Shown: positions 36,901 to 49,989 of the stretch, in pieces
Numbering within the stretch: the stretch's first letter is position 1
Layout: every line of letters starts with the position of its first letter
DNA from: Eledone cirrhosa
Lineage: Eukaryota
Assembly: GCA_964016885.1 (NCBI GenBank)
Contig: OZ024743.1
Location: 362,824,001 to 362,888,000 of the forward strand
Length of the DNA: 64,000 nt
Direction of reading: 5' to 3'
Notes under the pieces: generated by a model
What the model was told of the DNA's origin: nothing
The model's database searches: none
What the model saw: only the letters and a program-made list of their open reading frames with translations
Translations under genes and position numbers: made by a program

Positions 36901-39900
36901 CTAAAAAACACCGACATAGAATGGCAGGTGTGGAGAGGTAAGTAAACACTATTTTCAAATAGAAACCCACTCATAGTCCTTGACACAACTACCCTATGTT
37001 TGGCAAATTTCCACAGGTGGATGTCCATCATATCAGCATCAGAGTGTACTGATTGCATTTTATATATATTATTATGTATATATATCTATATGCATGTGTA
37101 TGAAATCTATCTATATAAAATAAAACTGGCACTCCATCAATTACGGCAACAAGTGTTCCGCTTGATCCGATCAATGGAACAGCCTGCTCATGAAATTAAC
37201 ATGCAAGTGGCTGATCATTCCACAGACATGCACACCCTTAATAGAGTTCTCAGGGAGATTCAACATGATACAGAATGTGACAAGTCTGGCTCTTTGAATT
37301 ACAGATACAACTCTCTTTTGCCAGCTGTGAAGACTGGAACAATATGAAATAAAGTGTCTTGCTGAAGGACAACATTCTGGGAATCAAACTCACGATTGCG
37401 AGCCGAATACCCTGCCACAAAGTCAAGCACATTCACATCTCCCTCTCTTTATATATATGAACTATCACAAATTGTAGCTGTTAAAACAGCTAGCTGCTAT
37501 TTTCCATAGCAAAAGTCATAAAATATAACCTCATAAGATCGGAGGAATGGTCAGAGAAGGAAGGAGAGAATGAAAGAGAGTCTAAATCATATGATAAATG
37601 TGAGAAGTGTAGAGAGAGCGAGAGAAGAAAAGTGGAAATGAGAATGGTGGAGCAAAAACATTTTTTTGTGGGTAGAATTACGAAAGAGAAAACAGGGGAG
37701 AAAGAATGATAAATATAAACCAAAGAGAAACGAAGAACTATAGTGTCATAATCACCTATATACATATAAACATGTATATAAAAAGCATGTAGTACATTCA
37801 GTAAAGTGGTTGGTGATAGGAAGCCATAGAAAGATTGCCAAATCCAGGATAGAGAGGATTTTCTATTGTATCAAGGACATGATAATTGTTTAGTGCTGGA
37901 TTACGCCATGATAAAATGCATGGTGTAATCTGTAGAGTGGGGGAATATATGAAAGAGATCAGTGGTTTTGAATAAGTATTTACTTGGTCTGTTATATATA
38001 TAAACATAGAGAGTATGTAAAATCCCAACAGCAGTGTCAAGTGGTTTCAGCTTGTCACAAACTAAAACAGCTTGGCACAAACTAAAACAGCTTGGCACCT
38101 TGGGTAGGATTTTACATATCTCTATACCCACTTTGCATTTCCCCATGCATTGAGTACTCCCATGGTTAGGTTGTGTATGAAAGAATAAATGATATGCCTA
38201 TAATTATTTCTACCAGCAATTTGAAAGGAAGGGGAACTTTATTTTATCAACCCTTTAGGAGTGAAAGGCAAAGCTAACCTGGGCAGGATTTGAACTCGGA
38301 ATGTAATTTTATGCTGCAATGCATGTTGTCCAACATTACCACATTACCTATTCTGCCAATCCACCCACTCCCCTTTAAAAGCTGTATAGTAAATTTTTCC
38401 TTTCTGAAATTCTTTTTTTTTTTTTTTTTTACATTTTAGAGTTGATTCTTTAGCTTGGAATTTCCACAAAATGGGAAATGCTCCGATGCAGTGTAGTCTT
38501 CTTGTTGTAAAGGAAAAGGTATTTATTTCTTATGTGTTGTTATGTGTCTGTGTGGATGTTGCATGGCAAAACGGTTAAGGACTTTGCTTTGCAAACAATA
38601 AATTCTAGGTTTGATCCCAATATGTGCTATCTTGGGCATGTGTTATTTACTACAGTTTTAGATCCACCTGAAGCTATGGTAAATGTTTGTGGAATGCTCA
38701 ACCAATTACATATGACTGAACAATTGGAAAATTCATCATTGAAACCAATAGAGATCCATTCTATTCTATATGTTTGCGTTGTAAAATGTATTTACTGCTA
38801 GGGGTTTGTGAATTCGGAGAATCTTTTCTTTTTGAATTTCAAATGAAATAAATTTGTGAGGAAACGGTTTCTATTATTTAACTCATGTCGGCCCTGATCA
38901 ATCAAAGTTGTTGATGCATGCAGAAAGTGGTGAAAATCACAGTAATATACAGAAATGTTTAGTAGAGTGGAGTACCAGGCTGGTGACTTTAAAGCATTAA
39001 GCCATATAATGCTGGTACTGTGTCACTTGTTAGCATCTCTACAATCTCTTAGGATCTTCTTTTCATCGAATAATAGGCCGTTTGTTTGCAAACAAATTGA
39101 ATATTATTATTATTCGATATAAAACTATCTGCTATGTCTGAGCGAAAAACCAAATTCTATTTTTTTTTTTAATTTACAGCAAAGCCAGCCGTAAAATTGC
39201 TCGGAATGCAAATTAGGTTAATTAGCTGATGTATTCTTTAGAGCAAAGGTTCTCAACGGGGGGCATATGCACCCCTGGAGGGGCGTTTGGGAGCAAGGGG
39301 GTGTTAGGGGGGCGTTACGAGTTAACACTATGTAGATCTATTTTATTCCCAATTGGATTAATAATATTACAAAGAAAAAAAACATAGAAGCGGGTAGCAC
39401 ACACATCTAGCACCACATACAACACATAATCAGGTAATACATACATCTAGGACCACATACAACACATAATCAGGTAATACATACATCTAGGACCACATAC
39501 AACACATAACGACGTAATACACACATCTAGGACTACATACAACACACAGCTGGGACCACATTCAATACATAGCTGGGACCACATTCAATACATAAGCAGG
39601 TCACACATACATCTAGGACTACCTACAACACACAGGCAAGTAATACATACATCTAGGACCAAATACAACACACATTGTATCGTGCTACGGACAATGCAAG
39701 AGCAATGGTCGGCCAACATAAGGGTTTTGTCACTCTTCTGAAGAGAGAAAATCTATCTGTATTTGTTGTTCATTGTGTCATTCATCGACAAGTCCTTGCA
39801 GATGGCCCTTGATGTCATCAATTTTATCAAACGGCATTCCCTCAATGAACGATTTTTCCAGCAACTATGCCAAGATAATGACGAAGAATTCGTCAAGTTG

Positions 39901-42900
39901 CTCCTTCATAATGAAGTGAGGTGGTTTTCAAAGGGCAAGTGCCTTACTTGCTTCTTTGAACTGTTCGACTCTATCATTGAGTTTCTGCGAGGACGCAACA
40001 CAGAACTACAAGAAAACCCTCGACGTGAGACAAAACTGCGCCTACCTCACCGACATCGTCGACAAATGCAATAGCGTAATTTTGGCTTTGCAGGGAAAGA
40101 AGATCACCTTGCTTAAAGCAAGGAATGCTGTGAAAACATTCCTAGTAAATTTAATGTCATCGAAAGGAATCTTTGTTGACGGGAATTCTATAATTTTCCT
40201 AGGGTCGCCAATGTTCAAAACATTGTAAGCGATGACCAACTCCAAATTTATACCGCTCACCTCCGTGCGCTACATGACAACATGAGAGAACGGTTTGTCG
40301 ATGGACATCCCAATGTGGGTAGCAGATCCCTTCACAGCTAACGTTGATGATTTGGACGTTATATTTCAGGAAGAATTCATTGAATTCAAGCACATTACAT
40401 GATCAAAATTAGATTTCCCAAAATAGGTGAACCCCTTTAATGGATGCAAGAGGAAATTCAGCATCGATTTCCACACCTACATGCAGAGGCTAAGAGATTT
40501 GCTCTGCCTTTTCCAAGCTCATACTTAGTCAAGAGGAGATTTGGTGCTGTTTCCAGACCGCACAGTAAGGTTCGCAACCGCTACAATATAATTACATGTG
40601 ATCTCCGGCTACATCTTATGAAAATCCAGCCTGACGTCAAAGAGTTAGCTAGACTCCATAATGTTCAAGGGTCCCATTGAAATGAGGTCAAAGTTAAAGT
40701 AAGTTGATTTATCCGAAAACTTGGATATGCTATTGTTACAAAGCAAACTAACAATTTTTTTATTTGTAGTTGCAGTCTGACTGGACTGGAAACCATCTAC
40801 TACAATTCACTTACTCATTTGTTGTATATATTTTACCATTTACTAATAAATATACTCTCCCGCGTGGTCATGAAAACCCTCTTCCGTGGTCTCTAAGCTC
40901 ACAAAGCAGAGGGGACATCAAGTTAGATATCAACATTTATTCTGTCCGTTTCATTAAAGGGAAAATTGGAAAGCTTTGAAATGATATAATTGCCACTTTC
41001 TTCCAGATAATAGCACTCTTTGGATAGACAGAGTTGATCTTGTATAAATGTTCAAAATAGTTAGTATCGCCTAGTGGGAATATAACAAATTCAACTGGTC
41101 CTTATTCATAAAAAAGAACATTTATGTTCCATTTTTTGAAATTTCTAAATTTCCTTTCAAGGAATGTATTTATACTCTCAGCTGCCTGAATATTGTTAAT
41201 CAATTTTTTAGTAATCTACTGATATCAAAATCAGTAGTATATTGAAAAATGGAAAAATAGGGTAGGGGGGTGTTTCGTGATTTCGAGGGACAAAAGGGGC
41301 ATTTGGCCTAAATGGATTGAGAACCTGTGCTTTAGAGAATACTATATATTCTCAAGAGTTCTAGTGAGTGACAGAAGAGATATACACAATCTTGACAAAG
41401 GGCAATAACCCAGACACAATTGTTTCTCTCTGTCACCACTAGAACAAAAGGATGGTGATGGTCATCTAAAAAACATAACGTAATGAGGCTGTTTGCTTTC
41501 AAACAAATTGAATATTATTATTATTCGATATTATACTCACAAATGCATATATATATACAACATTTTCTTATATATATATATATTCCTAAATTCATTTTTT
41601 GTTGATTATTTTCAGGGAATTCTTGAAAAATGTAATTCAACCAATGTGGAATATTTATTCCAAAGTGATAAATATTATGACAAGACATTTGACCAAGGTA
41701 AGTGTATTTATTAACAGAAAGTTTTTATAGCAAATCAAGGGAGTCATAATTTTATTTTACATCATTGAAGAGATGATAGAAAGATAGACCATATATACTT
41801 ATATAAAGTAAAATTTTTCACACAAGTGTAAGATACCCAAATACTGGGACTTGACTGACTGCTTCTGTTTCATGCCATTGAAACCTTTTCTATCTTCAGT
41901 CACCAAACTGTTATTTTCCTCTTAAAATCAGGAGTGTATCTCATCTAAGTAAGGAAACCTGTGAGGAGGAATGGCTGATGCAGTGGATTTTGATGGTTGT
42001 TGTCTACTATAATCATCATCATCATCATCGTTTAATGCCCACTTTCCATGCTAGCATGGGTTGTCCCATTTGAGGCAGGTTGGGTCAGGTGACTGTGTCT
42101 TGCTCATATAATTGTTTCTGGCTAGATTTCTACAGCTGGATGCCCTTCCTAATGCGAACCACATTTACAGTGTGGGGTGGGTGCTTTTTGTCGTGACTCC
42201 TACATGACCACTTTACAGTGTGGGCTGGGTGCTTTTTGTAATGCTTTTGCTATTTTGTCTATTGGGCTGCAGCTGAGATATACAGCTTAGGAAGGGCTGT
42301 AAAGTTTGCCTGGCCTTTCCTCTCTCCCTCTTTTGATTATTTAATATTTTCTCCTTTTCTGTTTATAATTTTAATCCCTTTTTAAATGCTTTCATCATTC
42401 AATACAATTTATATAATAAATATGACTCTATAATAATTTATTTTATAGGAAATAAAACCATACAGTGTGGTAAGAAGATTGATAACTTTAAACTCTGGTT
42501 GATGTGGAAAGCTCGAGGAGATGCTGGAATGGCAGCTAAAATGGATAAAGTGATGGAATTATCACAGTAAGTGTTTCATGGTAGTTTGCTTCAATTTTAA
42601 CATTTTTATATTAACTTTCTCAACAAGTTCATTATAATGTATCGGTAGAGTGTTATATGACAGGCTTCATGGCATAGTTACAACCCTTTATGTGCTCAAT
42701 TCAAGTCCCGCTGAGGTAAGGTTTGCTTTTTGTCCTTACGGGGTTAAATAAAAAGAGTACCAATAATGCACTGGAGTTGGTTTAATCAACTTTCTCCTCT
42801 CTCTAAATTTTTGGATTTGTTCCTAAATCAGAAACCATTATAATATATAAAGTAAAGAGTTAATGAATGATGGAATGATGATGGTTTTAATAATTATGAT

Positions 42901-45900
42901 GAAGACAATGATGATATTGGTTTTTAACAAGCACAAGGCCAGAAATTTTGGGTAGGGATTAGTTGACTAAATAGACCCAGTATTTAACTAGTGCTTTATT
43001 TTATTGATCCCTGATGGATAAAAAGCAAAGTTGACTCAACAATATTTGAATTCGGAACATAAAGAGCTGAAACAAATTCTGCAAAGTGCACAATGGATAC
43101 ACAAGAGTTGTAATATGATCACATATAGGCTGACAAAGAAGTTAGACTTCATATGTGACAGGCGTACAGGAATTATCAAAAGTAAGTGTAGTTGGGAAAT
43201 GAACTCCCTCTAATGCTCGAAAAACACAATAGAAGTAATAGATATCTTTTGCTATCTAGGAGACCTCACCTCAACAGTAGAGCTAGCTGGATGTACCAAA
43301 AGTGTTGTAGCCCGAGTGAGAATAGGGTGGAAGAAGTTCACGTCTGCTGTAAAAAAAAAAAAAAAAGCCTCCTCTCATATGATGCTTGTGTTTGAATTGC
43401 TAAGCTGCATTGCAATGAAATAAAAATCAAGAAACTGAAGCTCGCTGGTGATATGTCATAAGTCAAAAGACCTGTCTATCAGTAAATGCACTGCAGCATT
43501 AAAAGTAAAAGTGGTGATACACCTGAAGCTACAGTGTTGACAATCGAATGGTGACAATATAGAACTTGACCCTTCAGTCTGAACAAACATCTGACAAATT
43601 CTCTAGTGTTGGTGTCATAGTAATATGCACCCAGTACATTCTGTAAAATGGTAGTAGTGGGACCCTTGAAAAACACCCAGTACACCCTGTAAGGTGGTTG
43701 GTACTAGGAAGGGCATTCAGCCATAGAAACCATGCCATATATGGTATATATATATATATATAAGCAAGATGAGGTTGCAGCAATACATTTGGTCTTGGAG
43801 CATGATAGCCTGTTCAACTCATGCCAGCGTAAAAAGCAGATGTTAAATGATGATGATGATGACAAATAAATATATATTGATTAATCAAAATTGAATTGCA
43901 TTTTCTTTTATTTTCTAGGTATTTGGTTGAACAACTGAAAGAACAAGATGATTTCCGCCTAGTTTTACCTGAAGTAAGTACAATCCATATGAGACGAGCA
44001 ATATTGGTTTCCTGTACTATTTGACCATTATAATTAGTATTGCCTGTTGCATGGTATTGATTTTGTCTCTGGAATAAGTACACTTCCTTTTTGCACCACA
44101 GCCTCAAGGATGAGAAATATTCTCATCTTTTCTTTATTAAGGTCTTTCCATACTGATTATTATTGTTATTTAATTATGATGTCTGGCCTGTTTGTTTGGA
44201 TTTCCTTATCTGTTTGCACTGGCATATTCCTTAGGATGGTGACATTCTCATTCTTTGCAGCTGTTTCTGGTTTGTAGTCATACCATTTTTCAGGGAAATG
44301 GTGTTATATACCCTCCAGATTTTCCAGTGTAGGTATTATGCTGTCTTGTGGATATGTTGAGTTTTTGAAATATTGGGTAGCCAGAAATAATGTAGTTAAG
44401 GGTTTCCTATTATGGTCCACATAATAATTGTTTCTATTTTTGGCACAAGGCCAGCAATTATCCCAGTGTACTGGGTACTTTATTTTATCGACCCCGTAAG
44501 GATGAAAGGCAAAGTTAACCTCGGCGGGATTTGAACTCAGACCATAAAGGGCCGTTACTCTTTGCTGCAAAGCATGGCGTTCGACCCTCTACCGATACTG
44601 CCCCACCCTAATAATGATTCAATGGTAGTGTGATCTGGTGCTAAAACTCAGAACTTGGGCAATGATGATAAAGCCTTCTGTTTCAACATTGAGTTCAATA
44701 GTTTTGTGTTGTTGGTCAACATCTGCCTCTTTAAAACTTTTGTGTGTATTTCCTTGTATAACATTTTCTTCTTAGTTTTTTCTTATTTATTGGTGGTTTT
44801 GTTAGTTTTTTCTTATTTATTGGTGTTTTTGTTGATTTGTTTAAGAGGTTTTGGTTGCTGTGGTGGTGGTGGTGGTGATAGTTGTGGTTGTATAGAAAGA
44901 GATTGGTCTTAGTTTGTAGACAAAAATCTGAAGGTGTAGGAAGATTGGAAATGGCAGCTGATGTTAATTAATGTGTGTGTTTTGTTTTTCTTTACACTTC
45001 TAAATGCAGGATGTAGGACAAGTCAGATAGGAAGTAGAGAGACATAGAACAGAAAGATTTGTGTTAGGAAAATATGTTCAGGAGAGAATAAATTTCATAC
45101 TAGTAATGGTAAAAAAATGAGAGAGTAATAAAGAGAAAGTGATGTGAGATTTACTATTAATTAGGTCCCCTAGATAAGTGAAGCTACTGCTTCCATGGAA
45201 CCTTCCAAACATTTGAAATAATTTGTTTTATGAGTGCTCTAACAGCTAACTACTCCTGTACATTCACCACATGAAAATTTCCTTTTCTATCAACCAGCCT
45301 GTGATTTTACTATATCTGTTGTAAACCTATAGTTTTCACAAGATACATAGCTACTACTTTTTTGTATATCAAACACGGCCAGATAGCAGCAAAACTCTTA
45401 TCGTATTTCCTGCTAAGAGTTTTGCCTTTGCTAGGTTTACTGGAAGGAAGGCCAGTATCCTCAAACTGCCAGAGGCTTCACTTAAATGCTTGCAACAGGG
45501 TCTATATACTCTCCTAAAAGCACCAAGGGCCAGATGGTAATGTTAAATAGGATGGCTGATTTTACATCTGTTAAAATTGACTTTAGTGTTCAGAATTGAA
45601 ATACACACCACAAAGAAATTTACCCTATGCTCTAACTTCTCTGCAAATGTGTTGCCTACTGAAAACATTCCATTTATATCTTTGGAATCATATTCTATAA
45701 ACATTTTCACAATAAACTGAAAAACATGTTTTCTTTTATTACTTCACTAATTAATAAATAAAACTATTTTATGTTCTTAAATCTAATAATACTTTGTTTT
45801 ATTTATTTGTTCTCTATTTTATTTTGTATCTGTTTACTTTTTTCTAGTTTGAATACTCAAATATTTGTTTTTGGTATATACCTCCATCTCTTGAGAATCA

Positions 45901-47698
45901 AGAGGAAACTGAAGAATGGTGGCAGAAACTCTCAAAGGTAATATTTTACACTACACTACAAAATAAATTTGTTAGCTAAGAATCATTCTAAAAACTATTT
46001 TAATTTCCTTTATTTGATACTATTTTCTCACAATTCAAAGTCTAGAACCAACTAATCAAGAACTGTATGTCTTAAATGTCCACGTGTTATAAGATAACTG
46101 CCCAATTGACATTATTTTGCTTGGTGTAAACATTTTAAGAAATAGGGTTCTCATTATATATGTTGGTCAGTAGCATAGCTAGAAAGAGATGAAGCAGTAA
46201 TTTTAGTCTAGTGTATTGAGTTTTCCAGAACACTAACACAAAGGCCACCTTAAGTGGCACAAACTCCAACTACATCACTGATTGAACTATGAACTTTGGT
46301 TGTCAATTTTAATCAAGTATGATTTATGAGGAGAAATTATCAAACTCTAAATCATGTATGATACTGCTTACTGTTGTTCTTTAGCTCCAAATCATCCTTA
46401 ATCAAACAGACCTATGATAAAAGGTAAACCAGTCATTACCATCCAACACTTTTTTCAAGACATTATGGATCTATGACTGCATCCTCGAATGTGTTCTTCC
46501 TCTACAAATATAGCAGGGTATGATTTGACAAAGATTTAGCTGTTATTTCAACGAAGAGGCTTCCCTGTTATTTTTATTGATTAAACAGACCTGTACCTAT
46601 GCTTTGCTGAGGGCCATACTGTATATTCTGACTTGCAGGGGTGAATTGTATGTGGTGCAGTTTGACAAACAATATATTATGTTCTACATGGCTTAGGTCT
46701 TCAGTCATTACTATAAGTTTGATCAAAGCTGACGGTGAATATTCAGCCACAAACCAGTGCAGACATTTTTCATTGTAAATTATTTAATCACTATTTATTA
46801 CATGGTTTTTGTTGTAAAGCAGACCTAGTACAACCTGTAAGGTGATTGGCAGCAAGAAGTGCATCCAGCTATAGGAACCATGCCAAATATAGAACATTAT
46901 GAGCAAAATAGGTTGCTCTGACCAGTCTGGTCTCAGGAACAGCTCATCTATCTTAAACCAGCATGGAAAGCAGAGGTAAAATGATGATGATTAGTCAAGG
47001 ATAATAAGATGCTGCCTATGACTATTTTCAGAGCCTTGGGATGGTAATAGTATGGTATAACTAAATAATTGCAACAAAAGAAGATTGATAAGGGCACCAA
47101 AATCCAAGGTCAGTTTGGTAAACCAGGTGATGGATTAAATCAGCAGGATTTGAACTCAGAATAAAATGAGCCAGAAGAAATACTGCATCAATGCTCTAAT
47201 AATTTTGGCAATACTCCAGCTTGGACTGGTACTTTATTTTATAAGTAGCAAGAGAATAAAAGGCAACGTTGGCCTTAGTGGAATTGAAACTTAGAGTATA
47301 GAGAGCTGGAACAAATACTGCATGGTATTTTGTCCTGTGTTCCTGTGAGTCTTGCCAATTTACTGTCTTATGTTTACTGAGTAATTTCATATAATCAATC
47401 CTCCATTTAATAATTTCATATATTTGACATAAAACACTCCATTTCTATCTGACTTTTCCATATTCTTTTTGCAATAAATGAACTAACATCATTTTCTTAT
47501 ATTCTTATAAAGGTTGGACCAAAGATCAAAGAACGGATGGTTACTCAAGGAACTTTGATGGTCGGCTACCAGCCTCTGCCATACATGGGCAAAGTCAACT
47601 TTTTCCGCTTCGTTTTATGCCAAGAAAATTGTCAAGAATCAGATCTAGACTTTGTAATTACAGAAATCCGACGATTGGGAAAAGATTTGCAATTTTGA
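27752..47698 (+). CDS. CSAD: Cysteine sulfinic acid decarboxylase / GADL1-like PLP-dependent decarboxylase, 14 coding exons, 500 aa
   Basis: Exons 27752-27919, 29932-30025, 31597-31687, 32709-32815, 34173-34288, 35418-35552, 36114-36230, 36873-36937, 38440-38518, 41616-41697, 42449-42566, 43919-43973, 45848-45937, 47513-47698 total 1503 nt, all GT-AG with matching phases. Motifs [66 protein letters not shown]. The symbol is family-level; CSAD vs GADL1 orthology is unresolved. Confidence 0.93.
29932..30025 (+). CDS. CSAD: Decarboxylase coding exon 2 (NKLQPDIG...MSVKT)
   Basis: TTCTAG| ... G|GTAAG; 94 nt. Confidence 0.9.
30177..30885. repeat. 29-bp minisatellite, about 24.4 copies, in the intron after coding exon 2
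   Basis: Unit TAGTCTTAGATACTCCAATGTCTTTCCC(G/A), almost invariant, no spacers. Confidence 0.97.
31342..31531 (-). mobile_element. tRNA-derived SINE, intronic
   Basis: Same family as 23103-23480, flanked by a direct repeat AGGACTAAATAAT (possible TSD). Confidence 0.85.
31597..31687 (+). CDS. CSAD: Decarboxylase coding exon 3 ([10 protein letters not shown]...SLNTA)
   Basis: TTTTAG| ... |GTAAGT; 91 nt. Confidence 0.92.
32709..32815 (+). CDS. CSAD: Decarboxylase coding exon 4 (HTYEVSPAF...GDGMFCP)
   Basis: TTACAG| ... |GTAAGT; 107 nt. Confidence 0.92.
34173..34288 (+). CDS. CSAD: Decarboxylase coding exon 5 (GGAFMN...VFASEG)
   Basis: CTACAG| ... |GTAAGT; 116 nt. Confidence 0.92.
35418..35552 (+). 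CDS. CSAD: Decarboxylase coding exon 6 (CHYSS...EQSLKQ)
   Basis: TTGCAG| ... CAG|GTAAAT; 135 nt. Confidence 0.93.
36114..36230 (+). CDS. CSAD: Decarboxylase coding exon 7 (GCNP...[13 protein letters not shown]...WLHVD)
   Basis: TTTCAG| ... |GTAAGT; 117 nt. Confidence 0.95.
36873..36937 (+). CDS. CSAD: Decarboxylase coding exon 8 (AAWGG...AGVER)
   Basis: TTACAG| ... |GTAAGT; 65 nt. Confidence 0.93.
37130..37430 (-). mobile_element. tRNA-derived SINE, second family, intronic
   Basis: Reverse-complement homology to 58722-59030 (GTCCTT.AGCAA.ACACTTTATTTCA...CCAGTC...ACAGCTG). Confidence 0.75.
38440..38518 (+). CDS. CSAD: Decarboxylase coding exon 9 ([11 protein letters not shown]..., PLP lysine)
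   Basis: Poly-T tract, TTTTAG| ... AAG|GTATTT; 79 nt. Confidence 0.93.
39244..41329 (+). mobile_element. hAT (Charlie/Buster-type) DNA transposon with degenerate transposase, in the intron after coding exon 9
   Basis: 8-bp TSD CTTTAGAG at 39236-39243 and 41330-41337. TIRs CAAAGGTTCTCAAC/ATTGAGAACCTGTG. Remnants [39 protein letters not shown]. Confidence 0.92.
41616..41697 (+). CDS. CSAD: Decarboxylase coding exon 10 (GILEKCN...[10 protein letters not shown])
   Basis: TTTCAG| ... |GTAAGT; 82 nt. Confidence 0.93.
42449..42566 (+). CDS. CSAD: Decarboxylase coding exon 11 ([11 protein letters not shown]...[10 protein letters not shown])
   Basis: TTATAG| ... |GTAAGT; 118 nt. Confidence 0.93.
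43919..43973 (+). CDS. CSAD: Decarboxylase coding exon 12 ([18 protein letters not shown])
   Basis: TTCTAG| ... |GTAAGT; 55 nt. Confidence 0.9.
44425..44605 (-). mobile_element. tRNA-derived SINE, intronic
   Basis: Same family as 23103-23480. Confidence 0.85.
45848..45937 (+). CDS. CSAD: Decarboxylase coding exon 13 ([15 protein letters not shown]...KLSK)
   Basis: TTCTAG| ... AAG|GTAATA; 90 nt. Confidence 0.93.
47513..47698 (+). CDS. CSAD: Decarboxylase coding exon 14 (VGPKIKERM...NFFR...RLGKDLQF*)
   Basis: AAG acceptor at 47510-47512; TGA at 47696-47698; 186 nt. Confidence 0.92.
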   Translation, partial: VGPKIKERMVTQGTLMVGYQPLPYMGKVNFFRFVLCQENCQESDLDFVITEIRRLGKDLQF

Positions 47699-48896
47699 AT
47701 AATGAAATACTGAGACAATGAGAAATTACCTTTCATTCAGTGAAACTTTTATGAACAATTTTTCTGCCATAATTTTGCTGTTTATGCAGACGGCACCGTT
47801 AAGTTATAATGACTATCCTATTTTCTAGATCATCTTTTATACAACTGTATATAGGATGTACAATATATCTGATATGCATAGGTGTACACTTCAATACATA
47901 TTCATCTAAAATTGGCTTATCCATATAAAGGACATGTATATATGTGATTAGATTACTCAAGGGTAATTTTAGTTAATTATATTAATCCCAGTATTTTGAC
48001 TAGTACTTATGTTATTGGCTTCATATATAGGAAAGGCAGGGTTGACCTGGGCAGAAATTGAACTCAGCACATAAATGAATGTGACAAACTACTACAAAGT
48101 ACTTTGTCCACCACTCTAGTGATTTTTGTCAATCTCCTGTCTGCACCAGAGTGTGTGTGTTTGTTTGCATGTATCTAACATTATCTTTACCATAGCCATA
48201 CTTCAATCCACATCCATACAAATTCATCCATTCTATGCCTGTATAAGAGAAAATTAAAGGTATATATACATTTGTGATTGTGTGTGTGTCAGTCTGTCCG
48301 TATACCCACACAGTTTTCAATATTTGTATGTGTGTATGTATGATAAATATATATGAATGCATTAAATAACCCATAGAGCGAGATATAACATGTATACTCC
48401 AAAGCTGTATTACAGCCGGTGCAGGTACAAGTAGTTGATGTATGTAAAAGTTGACACTGACAGTTGTAGTTTGAATCCAGCATGGAAGTGACTTGTGTAT
48501 CAGTCTCCTCATCCAACAGAGCATACCAGTATTAGCTGGTTGTCACCAATGTCTCATATGTATCTACAACATCTAATCATCATCTTCATCTTCCTCATTA
48601 TTAATATACATAAAGTATATTTCTTTGAAAGAATGTTCATAAATACAATTATACAGTCACTGTATATATTTATCTTATTTATATATGAGTTTGTGTATGT
48701 TTATGCTTATGTTTGTGTATACATGTCTGTTTTAAACTAAACATTGATATATTAAAATTGAAATCATTTACATTTTTGATTTATTAATTAGTAAACAAAC
48801 CCATTTAGAGCTTCCCAATTTTAGAATATTCATTTAAAAGACTCAAAGTTTGTATGTTTTTTCTTGAATGGAATTTAATATATTCTTTGAAAAATT

Positions 48897-48902
48897 AATA
48901 AA
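48897..48902 (+). promoter_or_regulatory. Candidate polyadenylation signal of the decarboxylase gene (3' UTR about 1.2 kb)
   Basis: AATAAA followed by a T/GT-rich tract (TTTTGTCTGTTCTT). Confidence 0.45.
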
Positions 48903-49989
48903 ACACTTTTTACATTTATTATTTTGTCTGTTCTTATGGAAACTTCAGTCTAGTCTTTGTCAACAATGGAGTAATAAACAGCACATTGAAACGTTTCCAA
49001 GTTACTACATTTTAAAGCCTCACAGTCGCTGATCTCTCATGGTGAGATTGCATGCATGACATTGAGAAAGCCACTTTACAAAGACAATGATTCTTTGTTA
49101 CAATCAAGAAATGCTTCAACACGAATTAGTTGCTGATTTGCTTTATAAAGCTCAGTTATGACACACACATAAGTACTGCTTACATACAAGGTACATTTGT
49201 TTTCTTTTTTATTTCTTAATCAGATTTGCCCAGTTGAATACACCCATCTGAAAATTGCTTTTAGTGAAGTCCACTCCTTTGCAAAAATTCAGAAGTTTTC
49301 CTCCCACCAGTATCAGAGGCACTACATTTAGTCAAAAGCACTGTCCTTCCTCTTGACAAGCCATTAAACAATTTACAATGAGAACTTATTCTCAGACCAG
49401 AAACTTAACCTCAATGCTTTCAAAATGGAACTAAAAACAATAGGTGTTCAACTGTTAAATGTGTATGTCGATCAGCCAAGAAGAATCAATCAGCATCGAC
49501 TTGCTCAAGGTTGCTAACAATGAGAATGAACATGATTGCAAAACAAACTTCTTAACCACACCCACACTCACAAATGTTTCCTTTCAATACCTTTTCTGTC
49601 ATTACTACAAGTATCTCTACAATGCCAAAATAGCAAGCTACATACCCTTCCAATCAAGGTTCACCCATCATCTTTATTGTGACTCGTTTCTCTTGAACTA
49701 CAGCCAGCTAATATCTCTAATAGATTGAGGTATCACATAGAACCTTTCCTTTTTGCTTCATACATACATGAGACAGTATGGTGGGATTTGAAGGAAATTT
49801 GGCTGCTATTTCTCCCAGACAAAGATCTAACTTATACTACTTTATATCGTAGAGGTACCCAGGTATGTCTGTATATTCCTCCAAAGTAACACTATGCAGT
49901 AAAGTTGCGACTTTACAAACTATATGATTAAGGAATTAAGGCCTGTGTGTATTGTCATTGAATGAGTTTTGCCCTGTGATGCTACAATG

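Noticed and set aside
39763-40680. Domesticated ZBED/SCAND3-like host gene
   Set aside because: Frameshifted and truncated, and bounded by TIRs and a TSD; it is a dead hAT copy.
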